Assembly (NCBI GenBank): GCA_043228905.1
Contig: JBHGNT010000007.1
Location: 14,012,001-14,076,000, forward strand
Source of the DNA: Azolla caroliniana
Lineage: Eukaryota; Plantae; Polypodiophyta
DNA length: 64,000 nt
Direction of reading: 5' to 3'
The notes beneath the pieces are model-generated. The model was given only the letters and a program-made list of their open reading frames with translations, was not told the origin of the DNA and did not search any database. A program made the translations under genes and the position numbers. Below, piece after piece: positions 50,801 through 63,575 of this stretch (positions are counted from its first letter, which is position 1; each line of letters opens with the position of its first letter).

Positions 50801-52868
50801 ATTATGTCATGGTAACTGATTGTGGCGAACCGACTTGCTTCAAGGAAGCAATGGACAGATAGGACAATAAGAAATGGTATAAAGCCATGTTGTCAGAGAT
50901 GGAATCTCTTGAGAAAAATGATACTTGGGATTTGGTGCAATTGCCTAAAGGGCAGAAAACACGTCCATGCAAATGGGTTTATAAAATACAAAGTACAAAG
51001 TACAAAGCAAGATTGGTTGCAAAAGGATACAAGCAGGAATATGGAGTTGATTTTGATGAGATCTTCTCGCCTGTAGTCAAGATGACTACATTAAGAATCA
51101 TTTTGGGCTTAGTTGCAACTGAAGATATGGAGCTCATATAAATGGATGTGAAGACCGCCTTTTTACATGGCGATCTGCATGAAGACATATATATGCAGCA
51201 GCCTGAAGGTTTTGTCACTAAAGGCAAATAGAAGATAGTTTGTAAGCTCAAAAGGAGTTTGTATGGGTTGAAACAAGCACCAAGAGAATGGTATCATAAA
51301 TTTGATGCATTTATGCAGTCTCAAGGTTTTCGTAGAAGTCAAGTGAACCATTGCTTGTACACCAAGAAGGCAGGAGATGGCAGCTTGATTATCTTGGTTT
51401 TGTATGTTGATGATATGTTGATTGCTGGCAAGGATGTTCATGCCTTGAATTCATTGAAGCAAAGCCTTCATGGCAACTTTGATATGAAGGATCTTGGTGA
51501 TGCAAATCACATCCTTGGCATGCAAATACTCCGAAACCAATCGAAAGGGGTACTCTTTCTATCTCAGCAGGAGTATATCTCTAAGGTTTTGCAGCGTTTC
51601 AATATGGAGGGGGGGAAAACAATTGGGGTTCCATTGCCTCCATATTTGAAACTCAGTGCAGAAGACAACCCTACATCTGATGATGAGAAGGTTGAAATGA
51701 CTAAGGTTCCATATGCTTCTACCGTTGATAGTTTGATATATGCGATGGTTGCTACACGCCCTGATATTGCCTTTGCAATGGGAGTGGTTAGTAGGTATAT
51801 GGCAAATCCTGGAAAAAAGCATTGGGAAGCGGTGAAATGTATTATGAGATACCTCAAAGGCACAAAGGACTTGTGTATTTGCTTTGGAAAGCAAAAGGCA
51901 TCTGTCGTTGGTTTTACGGATGCGGACTATGCTGGTCACGCAGACTGCAGAAAGTCTACTTTTGGGTATGTGTTTACTTTCATAGGAGGAGCGGTCTCTT
52001 GGATCTCCAAACTACAGAAGTGTGTTGCATTGTCTACTACAGAGGCAGAGTATGTTGCTGCCACTGAGGCATGCAAAGAGGCTTTATGGCTTTCATATCT
52101 AGTGAGAGATCTTGACATTACAAAGTTACCTATTCTTCATTGTGACAACTAGAGTGCTATCATGCTAGCTCGAAATCCCGTCTTTCATGCAAAGACGAAG
52201 CACATAGAGGTGAAGTATCACTTCATTAGAGATGTACTTGACAGCAAGAACATTGAGCTTCTCAAAGTACATACAAATAATAATCTTGCAGATCTTCTCA
52301 CGAAGGGTCTTCTAGCTAAGCGATTTGCTCATTGCCGACATTGTGACAGCCAGAGTGCTATCATGCTAGCTCGAAATCTCGTCTTTCATGCAAAGACAAA
52401 GCACATAGAGGTGAAGTATCACTTCATCAGAGATGTACTTGACAGCAAGAACAAACATTGAGCTTGTCAAAGTACATACAAATAATAATCCTGCAGATCT
52501 TCTAACGAAGGGTCTTCCAGTTGAGCGATTTGCTCATTGCCGACAGATGATGGGAGTTGGATAGATGTATGTATGTAGTTCAGCTTTGTACATACTTGGA
52601 CTTAGCTGACTTTTTTTTTGTTTTTTTCTTCTCACGACACATTGCCTTTAGGTGGGAGGTTGTTGGGAATAAAGGGCCATCGTGCCTTTTATTAGTGCAC
52701 GAGTGTGAACGCACTCGTAGCACACTTTTGAGTTGTATATACATAATATCTAAAAACCAAAAAAGAGGTACACTCTTTTGTACCCAAGACAACGTGCATC
52801 TCTCTCTCTCACTCAAACTCTCTCCCTCTCTGTTTTTGACCTAAACCCTAATCCTCGTGCTGCCTTCA
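47841..52868 (+). mobile_element. Full-length Ty1/copia element F (Tnt1/Tork-like)
   Basis: LTRs 47841-48049 and 52661-52868 (4 transitions + 1 indel), TSD CGGTA, tRNA-Met PBS TGGTATCAGAGCC at 48053, PPT aggtgggagg. Confidence 0.96.
48234..52565 (+). pseudogene. copia F gag-pol pseudogene
   Basis: gag, CHHCGKKGHFKRDC, WILDSGASFH, integrase RSDNGGEY, RT LYVDDML, RNase H; several stops and frameshifts. Confidence 0.93.
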
Positions 52869-55800
52869 CGGTAAAGAGTAAAGAAAAACGACCGGCAATC
52901 AACATGGTGGTCGCGGAAGTGGCGGACATCCAGCAAGTCACCACTAGATCAAAGGGAAAGATGGCCGAATGGGAGGCTCAGGAAGCTATCCACAAACAAG
53001 CTACGGAATGGATAACAAAGGCAAACGAACGGAATGTCACCGACTTGAAGGAGCGGAACGCATTGGAGGAACCTACAGAGACAACGCAACAGGAGAACCC
53101 CACATGGCAGGCATTACAGGAATGCCAGATCATGCTACCTCTAGGTCGGTTACTACAATTGGTGCCCCGATTCACCGATTGTTTAAAATCGGCATTGGCC
53201 CCACCAAGCCCCACACCGGTTCCGATGTTCTTTTCAAATCTGGAGGAAGGGCCGACAATGGTGGATACTAGCAATCCCACAATCTCCACCATTATCAAAG
53301 GACGGGAAGTACCGGGGACGATCGTCGATGGCGGATCAAGAGTAAACGTAATAAGCCTCCGAACATGAAACACTCTTGGAATCCAAGAATGGGAACCATG
53401 CTCATTCTGGCTTCAGATGGCGGACACCAGCTCAGTACAACCGGCCAGATGATTTGGAGGTGACAATCAGAGGCCATGCTTTCTGGATTTTTGCTTTCTT
53501 CCTCCAGTTGAATGCACAGGGAGCATATCCATTGTTGCTGGGACGATCATGGTTATAGACCGCCCACATCAAACAGAACTGGCAAAAGAACAACATTACG
53601 TTCTGAAGGGGGAAAAGTAAGGTAAGAGTACCCACACACCCTCAAGTGGGCCCAGGCAAGGAAGTATCACCGTTATATGCCGAAAGTGTGAACATGCTGG
53701 AAGGGCTTGCCGATGAGGAGGTAGATCGCTACCTTGATGAAAACCCAATGATAGTCCCTCTGTTCGAAGTGGATGTTGCAGAGGTAGTCTCCCCATATAT
53801 TGTGCAACCGGAGGATGCCGGTGAGGAGCCAGATAGGGATGCGATCCGGGAACTGCGACAAGCACAAGAGGCCCTAGAGCGGGAGATGGCAGTATCACAA
53901 CATCACAATTGGAAGAAGTGAATTTGGCAATTGACGAAGAAACAAGACCGGTGCATGTGGCCAAAGAAATGCCACTGGAGGAGAAATCGGCAATGGTCAC
54001 ATTATTGAAAGAATTCTGGGACGTATTTGTGTGGTCATATGAAGACACGCGAGGATTGGACCCGCAATTATATCAACACCAGATTCATTTAAGCAAGGAT
54101 GCGAAACTGGTAGCGCAGAGATGTTACCGGATGAATCCGAACTACGCAGCTAAAGTAAAAGAGGAGATCGACAAGTTGTTGCGGGTTGGGTTCATCTGTC
54201 TGATGAATAAAGCCACTTGGCTAAGCCCGATTGTGGTGGTACCGAAGAAGAACAGAAAGATTCGGGTCTATGTGGATTACCAGAAATTGAATGATGCCAT
54301 TGTCACCGATGCATTTCTGCTCCCATTCACGGATGGAGTCTTGGATGCGGTAGCAGGCCACGAGGTGTATAGCTTCCACGATGGATTTAGCGGGTATAAC
54401 CAAATCAGGATGCACCCGGACAATCAAGAGAAAACAACATTCGTCACCGAATGGGGAGTCTTTGTAGCGGTCGTGATGATGTTCGGACTGAAGACGGTAC
54501 CATCAACGTTCCAATAAATCATCATGGAAAATTTCGGGGAATTTATCCCAGCATTTATGCAGGTGTTCTTGGATGACTTTGTGGTGTACAATAGGAAAGG
54601 AGAACATCTTGACCATCTCCGGTTATGCCTGGAGAAATGCAGAGGTTACCGGCTAAGTCTAAACCCAACGAAATGCGTATTCGGGGTAACCAACAACACA
54701 CGACTAGGCCATATTGTGACTAAGGATGGGATTGCGGTGGACCCGGATAAAGTTAAAGCCATTTTGGAAGCACCAGCACTGACAACCGCCAAAGCTTTGA
54801 GCCGGTTTTTAGGGCAAATCCGGTGGCATAGCCGGATGCTCCGATACTTGGCCGATCTTGCGACACCACTACACGCAGTCGTACACCGGACACCTTTCCA
54901 ATGGACAGAACCGAAGGATAAGGCATACCATGCGCTCAAAATAATGTTGTCCCAGGCACCAGTCGTACAACCCCTGGATTGGTCAAAGGAATTTCGTGTG
55001 TTCATGGACACATCTGATATTACGATTGGTAGTGTTCTTATACAGCTCACCGAACCGAAGTGGTACCGACTGGTTTACTACACCAGTCAGAAGCTCTCCC
55101 AGGTGGAACAGAATTATTCAACAACGGAAAGGGAAGCCTTGGGAATGATAGAGAACGTAACGAAGTATCGTCACTACTTGTTGGGACGGAAATTCTCATT
55201 CCACGTGGATCATTCAGCATTATTGTACTTGGTCTCCAAGGCATCGCTAACCGGCAAACTAGCACGATGGAAACTGCTTCTACAAGAGTTCGAATTCGAG
55301 ATTTACCACAAGCCGGGAGTACAACATGCGGTAGCAGATTACTTGAGCTGGTTAGAATCTAGAGAGGCAGGCGACGGCGTCAAAGACGACCTTTCGGATG
55401 CGCAGTTGTTTAGGGTAATAGCGGAGAATACGGTGGACGAGACGGTTGCCGAGGAGGACAAATCGCTGACGAATATACATCAGTTTTTAAGTGCCGGATT
55501 GCCCTCGAAAGAATTGAACCAAGACGAACGGAAGAGGTTGGCGGTACAAAGCCGACATTTTTGTTTACTGCAGGATACGTTGTACCACAAGGGAGCGGAC
55601 GGTATATGGCGAAGAGCGGTTCGGAGCAATGAAAAGGAGACAATTTTACAGGAAGCTCACTGTGGAGTCGCTGAAGGACATTATGCTGGAGACGCAACGG
55701 CAAGGAAGATATGGCGAAGCAGATTGTGGTGGCCTACAACACTGAAGGACTCGATTCGGTATGCAAAGGAATGCGACTTATGTCAACGGATGGACCAACC

Positions 55801-57032
55801 AACAGAACAAGCAAATTTGACGATACTATTTCCACCTTGAGGTCTGCTGGCACCGCAACCCAGCAAACCCATGCCGCCGCCTCGATGGGGGCAGGTTAGT
55901 TAAAGACACACTTGCAGCCGCGGAGACGACAACCGTGGGCGACAGCTCCGTAGCTACGAAGCCCAACACCACCTTTGAAGTAATCAAGGAACCATGGACA
56001 ATCATTACAGCCCAGTCACAGCGGGGGAAAGCCGTATTAACGGCGGAAAGTGAGGTCCTGGGATATCCGGACATTCTAGACACAACCCATGAGTTCGGTG
56101 CACTATTACAATTCGGAACCACTTTTGAACTCATAGAATTCTTGGCAACGCAACAGATAAAAGTCTCACAACGAATGGCCAAGGAGCACGCGGAGCGCCA
56201 AATGATCGAGCGTGCGTTAACACAAACGGCGGAAAGCGACGATGAGGATCAGTTAGCTAGAGTCGGCAAGCAGACGAACGCCGATATACACCGAATGGGT
56301 ATGGAACTACCCCCATTAAACGCGGCCCTTGCCGAAGTTCATAGGGAACTGGCAAAGGTCAGTATGGGCGCCAAGGATATGGCGATTAAAAATAAAAATG
56401 TCTGGAAAAAGGTTAAATTGACCCAAGCCGAGCTACAAAAGGCCAATGAATGCATCACGGAGTTGGAAAATAACGCGACTACAGCGCAATAGGCAGCTCC
56501 ACCAACAACCAACGCCGTCAAAGACCTGAGGGAAGAAGTTGAAGCTCAGACCACCATTGCCTCGAAAGTGAAACGGGTCGTGCAACTAGCGGAATCAGAG
56601 ATTGACCGTCTCCGCGCCGAACTTCGCCGGTCCTCGGACAGAGAAAAGGACATCCGGGCCAATGGCCGAAAGGCAGTGAAGACCCTTGAAGAGAAACTAG
56701 CAGCGGAGACAACACAACACACCCGAACGAAAGAAGAAAATGCCCAATTACGGGAGGAAGCGAAAAAATCGGAAGCGGCAATCGCGGGACTCTGGGCCTT
56801 ATTGGAGAAGAAGAAAGCATGGTTCGATGAGCAGTTGGTTGGAGAACAGGAGAGGAGGCATCAAATAGAAATCCGCCTGAACAATGAAATGGGAAAACTA
56901 GAAGAACTACATTCGAAGGAATCTCAGCTCTGGGCAGGAATGAGGAACGCTTATGAGGAAGCGACGACGGTTAGTCAACAAGAAATTGCAAACCTCAAGA
57001 AATCCGTAGAAGAAGCATGCAACCATTGCCAA

Positions 57033-60000
57033 TGACAGAAATACACGTTCCTGTTGAACAACACTCGGCCACAACCGAGGATAGAATCAAAACACAGAAA
57101 AAAATGGGGAATGAATGCACGACACAATGGAGAGAAGAGAACACAGGATGTTAACGTGGAAAACCCAAACTCGGGAAAAACCACGGCAACCCACAGACCG
57201 CAAACTATCACTATGTCAGAATGTACAATAAGAAAGCACCGAAGCAACGACCTTGAGCTTCCTATCTTCGCCATAGGCGGCGGTTACAACAGAGGCAACG
57301 ACCTCTTCCTCTCTCTCTCTCTCTGTACACTATTGCGCGCTCTCTCTTCTTGCACCAACAAGAATAACAACATTATCTTCTCTGTTTGCCCTAAGTCATA
57401 TTTATACTAATATGACTTTTCGGCTATTTATAAATATAGCCACGATGGACTCTCAAAAACATATTTATGAATATGTCCCTTCATTCAGTGAGCACTTCTC
57501 ACCGGGCCTTCACCATCCGGCTCTTGTCGGGTACTCCTCATCCGGTTTTCACCGGGTCTTCCGTAGCCGGGTACTCCTCTTCCGGTTTTCACCGAGTCTT
57601 CCGTAGCCAGGTACTCCTCTTCCGGTTTTCACCGGGTCTTCCGTATCCGGGTGCTCCTCTTCCGGTTCTCACCGAGTCTTCCGTAGCCGGGTGCTCCTCT
57701 TCCGGTTCTCATCTGGTCTTCCGTAGCCGGGTACTCCTCTTCTGGTTTCCCATCCGGAGGGACTTGTTTCCTAACAAACTCCCCCTTCACTCCGGCATGG
57801 GATGTCTCACTAGTCCGATCCGCTTCCGGCATGCCTCCAGCTTGTCGGGTATCAATACTTTGGTCAGCATATCTGACCCGTTCTCGGCCGTGTGAATCTT
57901 TGTCAGCGCGAACACCTGGTCATCTACTCTTGCTCGGATCTAGTGATACCTTCGCTGGATATGCTTTGTCCGGGAATGGTAGTCCGCATTCTTAGCAAGG
58001 TGGATGACACTTTGATTGTCACAATAGAGCTGGTACTCATCTTGCCGGATACCAAGCTCTCTAATGAAGTCCTTCATCCATAATATTTCCTTGCCGGCTT
58101 CCACAGCCGCCATGTACTCCGCCTCTGTGGTTGACAACGCAACCGTCTTCTGCAGCCTCGACTGCCACGAAACAGCTCCCCCTGCATATGTCATTACATA
58201 CCCGGATGTAGACCGGCTGGTATCCACATCAGCCGACATGTCCAAATCGGTAAAACCGTCAAGTTGAGGTTTACTGGAGCTAAATCGGAGACACATATTT
58301 GAAGTGCCCTTCAAGTACCAGAGTATCCATTTGACCGCGTTCCAGTGCTCCGTGCCGGGATTGCTCATAAACCGGCTCACCACTCCGACTGTGTATCCTA
58401 TATCCGGTCGGGTACACGCCATTGCGTACATTAAGCTCCTGATGGAAGAGGCATATGGAACCTTCATCATATTAGCCTTCCCTGCTTTCGTCTTCGAGCT
58501 TCGCTTACCCGATAACTTGCAATTTCCCGGAAGTGTCGATCCGACCGGTTTCGCATCAAACATGTTGAACCGTTGAAGCACCTTTGTCACGTATTTCTCC
58601 TGTGACAGCCACAATTGCTTCGTTGGCTGGTTCCGGATGATATGCATCCCTAGCATCTGTCTTGCCGGACCCAAGTCTTTCATTGAGAAGGTTCGGTTGA
58701 GAGCCTTCTTCAGCATCCGTATTTTGGCTTGGTCCCGTTCAACGATCAACATGTCGTCCACGTACAGAAGGAGTATCAGGAAGTCGCCTCCTTCTAACTT
58801 CTTCACAAACACACAGTGATCGGCCTGCGTCTTGTGGTACCCTTGATCGGTCATGAAGGCGTCGAACTTCCGGTACCATTTTCAGGGAGCTTGCTTCAGT
58901 CCGTAAAGGCTCTTCTTCAACCAGCATACCAGGTGCTCCTTCCCTTTCTCTACAAATCCTTCCGGTTGCTACATGTAGATCTCCTCTTCGAGGTCACCGT
59001 GAAGGAATGTCATCTTCGCGTCCAGCTGCTCTACCTCGAGGTCCATGCTTGCCGCTATACTCAGCACCGTCCGGATGGAGGTCATCTTTACTACCGGGGC
59101 AAATATCTCGTTGAAGTCCACACCCTTCTTCTGTTGGAACCCCTTCACCACGATCCTGGCTTTGTATCTTGGGGGGTTGCCGGCATCTCCCGGTTTCAAC
59201 TTGTACACCCACTTGTTACGGAGTGCTCACTTACCTTTCGGCAACTCCACCAATTCGTACGTATGGTTCTCATGCAGGGAATCCATCTCATCCTGCATGG
59301 CACTTAACCATTTTCGGTTGTGGGTGTCATCCTTCGCTTCTTCGAAGCTTTCCGGCTCCCCCTCATCGGTCAACAGCACATGCTCTGCATCCGGAAATCT
59401 CCGGGGGGGCCTTCTCTCTCTGAGAGGATATCTCCGTGTCTGGGCTTCGATAACTAGCTCCTCCATTTGCTCTTCATCCGAATCCGATTTGGGGTCTTGG
59501 CCGGTTCCGGTTTTAGCTTCCTCTACTTCTTCTTTAGCCTGTTCGGTATCCTCACCGTAACCGGCTGGTTCCTCGAGTGCTAACCGGTCTCTTGCCGGTT
59601 GGGTCTGCCCATCGTAGAATCGATCCTTACCGGTCGACTCGGAGTTCATTATCTTCTTCTTCGACTCCCAGTCGGCGAGCATCTTGTCCTCCATGAAAAT
59701 AATATCTCGACTCTAGAATATCTTCTTGTCGACCGGGTCCCACACTCGGTAGCCGAACTCATTGTCGCCGTAACCGAGGAATATGCATGGCCGGGTCTTT
59801 GGATCTAACTTTCCTCTCCGGTCCTTAGCTACATGCACGTACACGAGACACCCGAACACCTTCAGATGCCGGTAGGACACTTCCTTAACGGTCCAGATCT
59901 CTGCGGTGTGTCCCTATCCAAGGGTACTGAGGGTGATCTGTTTATCACATGAGTCGTTGTCGACAACGCCTCAGCCCAAAATGTCTTGGGTAATTTTGCA

Positions 60001-62765
60001 TGCACCAGCATACTCCGGACCCTCTCCATTATGGTCCGGTTCATCCTCTCAGCCAACCCTTTTAGTTCCGGCGTCTTCGGCACAGTAAATTCGAGCCGGA
60101 TTCCCTTCGAGCGGCAGTACTCCTCAAACTGCCCCCGGTATTCTCCTCCGTTATCTGCTCAAACCGCCTTCAACTTCTGGCCGGTTTCTCTTTCCACTCT
60201 CGCGTGGAGCTCTTTGAAGACAGATAGCACCTGATCCTTCGTCTTCAACGGTGTGGCCCACAACTTCCGGCTATGGTCATCTATGAACGTCACGAAGTAC
60301 TGTGATCCTGCATGTGACTTCGTGTCCACTTGACACACATCAGTATGCACCAACTCCAGTGGTGCATTACGTCTCATCGGTGGCCTTGGTCGGAAGGAGG
60401 TTCGGTTTTGTTTACCGGCCAGACAATCAGTGCACTTCTCCAAGTGCACGTTCTTCACTGGAATGAGGTTGTTTTCTGCAAGCCTCTTCATCCCCTTCTC
60501 GCTCATGTGACATAGTCTCTTGTGCCACAACTCACCGGCAGTGTCGGATGCCACATTCACTTCTTATGGGCATAACCAGGCATTCATCAAGTACATCGTG
60601 TTTACCTTCCGGGCCCGAGCCACAATCAGGCTCCCTTTGCTGAACTTCATAACACTGTTCCGTATGCTACCCGTGTAGGCTTCATCATCTAGCCGACGGT
60701 TCAGTCGAACCTCCGGAACGTGTCGGACATCCTTCAGCAGCAGCTTGCATCCGGTTGGTGTTGTCAGCCACACGTCTCCTATGCCGACAATTCGGCATGT
60801 ACCTTCATTCCCCATCCGGACACAGTCGTGATCACATGTTGAGTAGGATGAGAAGCATTTCCGGTCCGGGGTAAGGTGGAACGACGCTCCGGAGTTGACC
60901 ACCCAGGTCATCTCGTTGCAGGCAAGGTTTAGCTCACTCTCCTCGGTGATGAGCATCAACTGTTCTTCACTTGCCGCGATTGTCGTCGTTCCCTTCCGGT
61001 CCGGCCCCCTCCGGTCTTTACCGTTCCGGTCTGGTGTCCGCTTTGAATCAGTACCATCAGTTTCCTTGTCTTTTCGGAAATGCCGACAGTTCTTTTGGAA
61101 ATGTCCCGGCTTGCCGCAATAGAAGCAGGTAGGCCTCCCCCTTGACTTTGACCATGTCCCCGACTTCTCCCGATACTGGGGACTACGGTTCCTTTGTCTT
61201 CCGTATCCTTATCTTTCCGATGCGCCTCCTCATCTAGCAAGCTCGACTTCACTCTTGCTAGGGATAACCGTTTCCCTTCCGGCCCGGCGTTGCCCAAAGT
61301 GACAACCAACGTCTCCCAGCTATCCGGGAGGGAACCGAGCAAGAGTAGCACTAGTACCTCATCGGCGAGAGGTACTTCCAATGAAGTTGCCTGGTGTATC
61401 AGCCCCTGGAAGGGATTCATGTGCTCCGCCATGTTGGAGCCATCTTGGTACCGGAGTCTAACTAGCTTCCGGAATACCGAAACCTGGTTAACAACATTTT
61501 TGTTCTGAAACATAATGCTGATCTTCTCCCAAAGCTCATGAGCCTTTCTCTCTTCATTGAAGTTGTTGTATAGGCTCATGTCAATGAAGCACTGTATGTA
61601 GGCCGTTGTCTTCATGTGCATCACCTCCCATATCGTGGCGTCGATTTTGTCCGGTCTCTTGTCCCCGAACTGAAGCGGCAACCAAAGATCTTTAACCACG
61701 AGCACGTCCCTCATCTTCGACTTCCACACTGAATAGTTGGAGCCGGTGAGCTTGAACATGCCTCCCCACCAATCGTCCATTTTCTGTGTCGTTTCACTCT
61801 GATACCACTTTGATAGGAATACATGTTCCCGTTGAACAACCCTCGGCCACAAACGAGGATAGAATCAAAACACAGAAAAAAACGGGGAATGAATGCATGA
61901 CACAATGGAGAGAAGAGAACACATGATGTTAACATGGAAAACCCAAACTCGGGAAAAACCACGGCAGCCCACAGACCGCAAACTATCACTATGTCAGAAT
62001 GTACAATAGGAAAGCACCGAAGCAACGACCTCAAGCTTCCTATCTTCGCCACAGGCGGTGATTACAACTGAGGCAACGACCTCTTCCTCTCTCTCTCTCT
62101 TTGTACACTATTGCGCGCTCTCTCTTCTTGCACCAACAAGAATAACAACAACATTATCTTCTCTGTTTGCCCTAAGTCATATTTATACTAATATGACTTT
62201 TCAGCTATTTACAAATATAGCCATGCTGGACTCTCAGAAACATATTTATGAATATGTCCCTTCATCCGGTGAGCACTTCTCACCGGGCCTTCACCATCCG
62301 ACTCTTGTCGGGTACTCCTCATCCGGTTTTCACTGGGTCTTGCGTAGCCGGGTACTCCTCGTCCGGTTTTCACCGGGTCTTCCGTAGTCGGGCGGGTACT
62401 CCTCATCCGGTTTTCACTGGGTCTTCCGTAGCCGGGTACTCCTCGTCCGATTTTCTCCGGGTCTTCTGTAGTCGGGCGGGTACTCCTCATCCGGTTTTCA
62501 CCGGGTCTTCCGTAGCCGGGTACTCCTCTTCCGGTTTTCATCGGGTCTTCCGTAGTCGGGTACTCCTCTTCCGGTTCTCACCGGGTCTTCCGTAGCCGGG
62601 TGCTCCTCTTCCGGTTCTCACCGGGTCTTCCGTAGCTGGGTGCTCCTCTTCCGGTTCTCACCGGGTCTTCCGTAGCCGGGTGCTCCTCTTCTGGTTCTCA
62701 CTGGGTCTTCCGTAGCCGGGTACTCTTCTTCCGGTTTCCCATCCGGAGGGACTTGTTTCCTAACA
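57033..62765 (-). mobile_element. Full-length Ty1/copia element of family X (Tnt1/Tork-like)
   Basis: LTRs 57033-57776 and 61811-62765, TSD GCCAA (57028-57032 / 62766-62770), tRNA-Met PBS tggtatcagag next to 61811, PPT gaagggggag next to 57776. Confidence 0.96.
57787..61780 (-). pseudogene. copia X gag-pol pseudogene
   Basis: gag 60956-61780, protease WVVNSGASFH, integrase FIDDHSRK, RT LYVDDML, RNase H GGAVSWQSRLQK; frameshifted. Confidence 0.93.
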
Positions 62766-63556
62766 GCCAAGCCATAACAAACAACGTGCGCATCCTTTTG
62801 CAAACGAATTGGGAGAGGTTTACGACGCAATTAAAATCGGTGCTAGACAAAGGATGGATGGTCTGGGCTGCACAAGCGGCCGAATTGCATACATACCGGG
62901 CGGACTGGGAGAACTGAAGGAAAGATGGCTGAGGGTTCTACAAACTCAATGAGGAAAGCATTGCGGCAGTACGCGAGGACCTAGCGCAAGACTATCGCAC
63001 GCTAGCGGACCAACATTCCAAGGAACTCGCGCAGCTACTAGATGATTTTAGCAAAAGTCAAGAGGACTGGTTTCACCAGATCACGCAAGCCGGTAGCACG
63101 CGAACAAACGAGGAATCCATCGCGATACCAATTCTGGATACTGCCAAACAAGAGGAACCTCAGCCCATGTCACCAGAAATTACCACTACGGTGAACAACA
63201 CGGAATGGCAAGCCGAGCCCCCCGCAATACCAGACAGCAAAACCACCGACCAATAGGAACCCCACCCACCACAGCATACGCTTATGGCCGACATCACGAA
63301 GGAAGTTACGGATGAAACAGAGCCGCGACCTATCGCAATCCCGTAGACGATTGAACCAACCCGAATCGCCCAAGAGGATCCAATAGAACCCGGACTGCCC
63401 ACACAGAAAGCCAACGACACCATGGAAAGCCCTCCTGACCAACCAAGGGAAGCACGGGCCCTACGTCGTCCCCGGATCCGGACACTGTGGCAGAACTAAA
63501 CATCAGGGCCATTTTGGAGGAAGATTAAAGGGGTGGGTCCGACGTGCCATGGCATT

Positions 63557-63573
63557 GTCCCACAAGCGTGCCA
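63557..63573 (+). promoter_or_regulatory. tRNA-Arg 3'-end-like motif (inverted PBS) at the PPT position of the A-family element
   Basis: GTCCCACAAGCGTGCCA ends 2 nt before the LTR at 63576. Confidence 0.7.
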
Positions 63574-63575
63574 GG

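Larger units (their letters stand above)
45648..55815 (+). mobile_element. gypsy D (relative of B): partial 5' LTR, gag, protease, RT, RNase H, truncated in the integrase; split by copia F
   Basis: Starts TGTTGGCCGG at 45648; PBS-region remnant tgaccacgattcctg near 45996 as in B; pol pieces 52874-55815 are highly similar to gypsy B. Confidence 0.88.

Noticed and set aside
162-63512. Numerous short antisense or overlapping ORFs in the ORF track, including those from LTR and 83-bp repeats
   Set aside because: Shadow frames of GC-rich retroelement sequence or repeat translations with no recognisable motifs.
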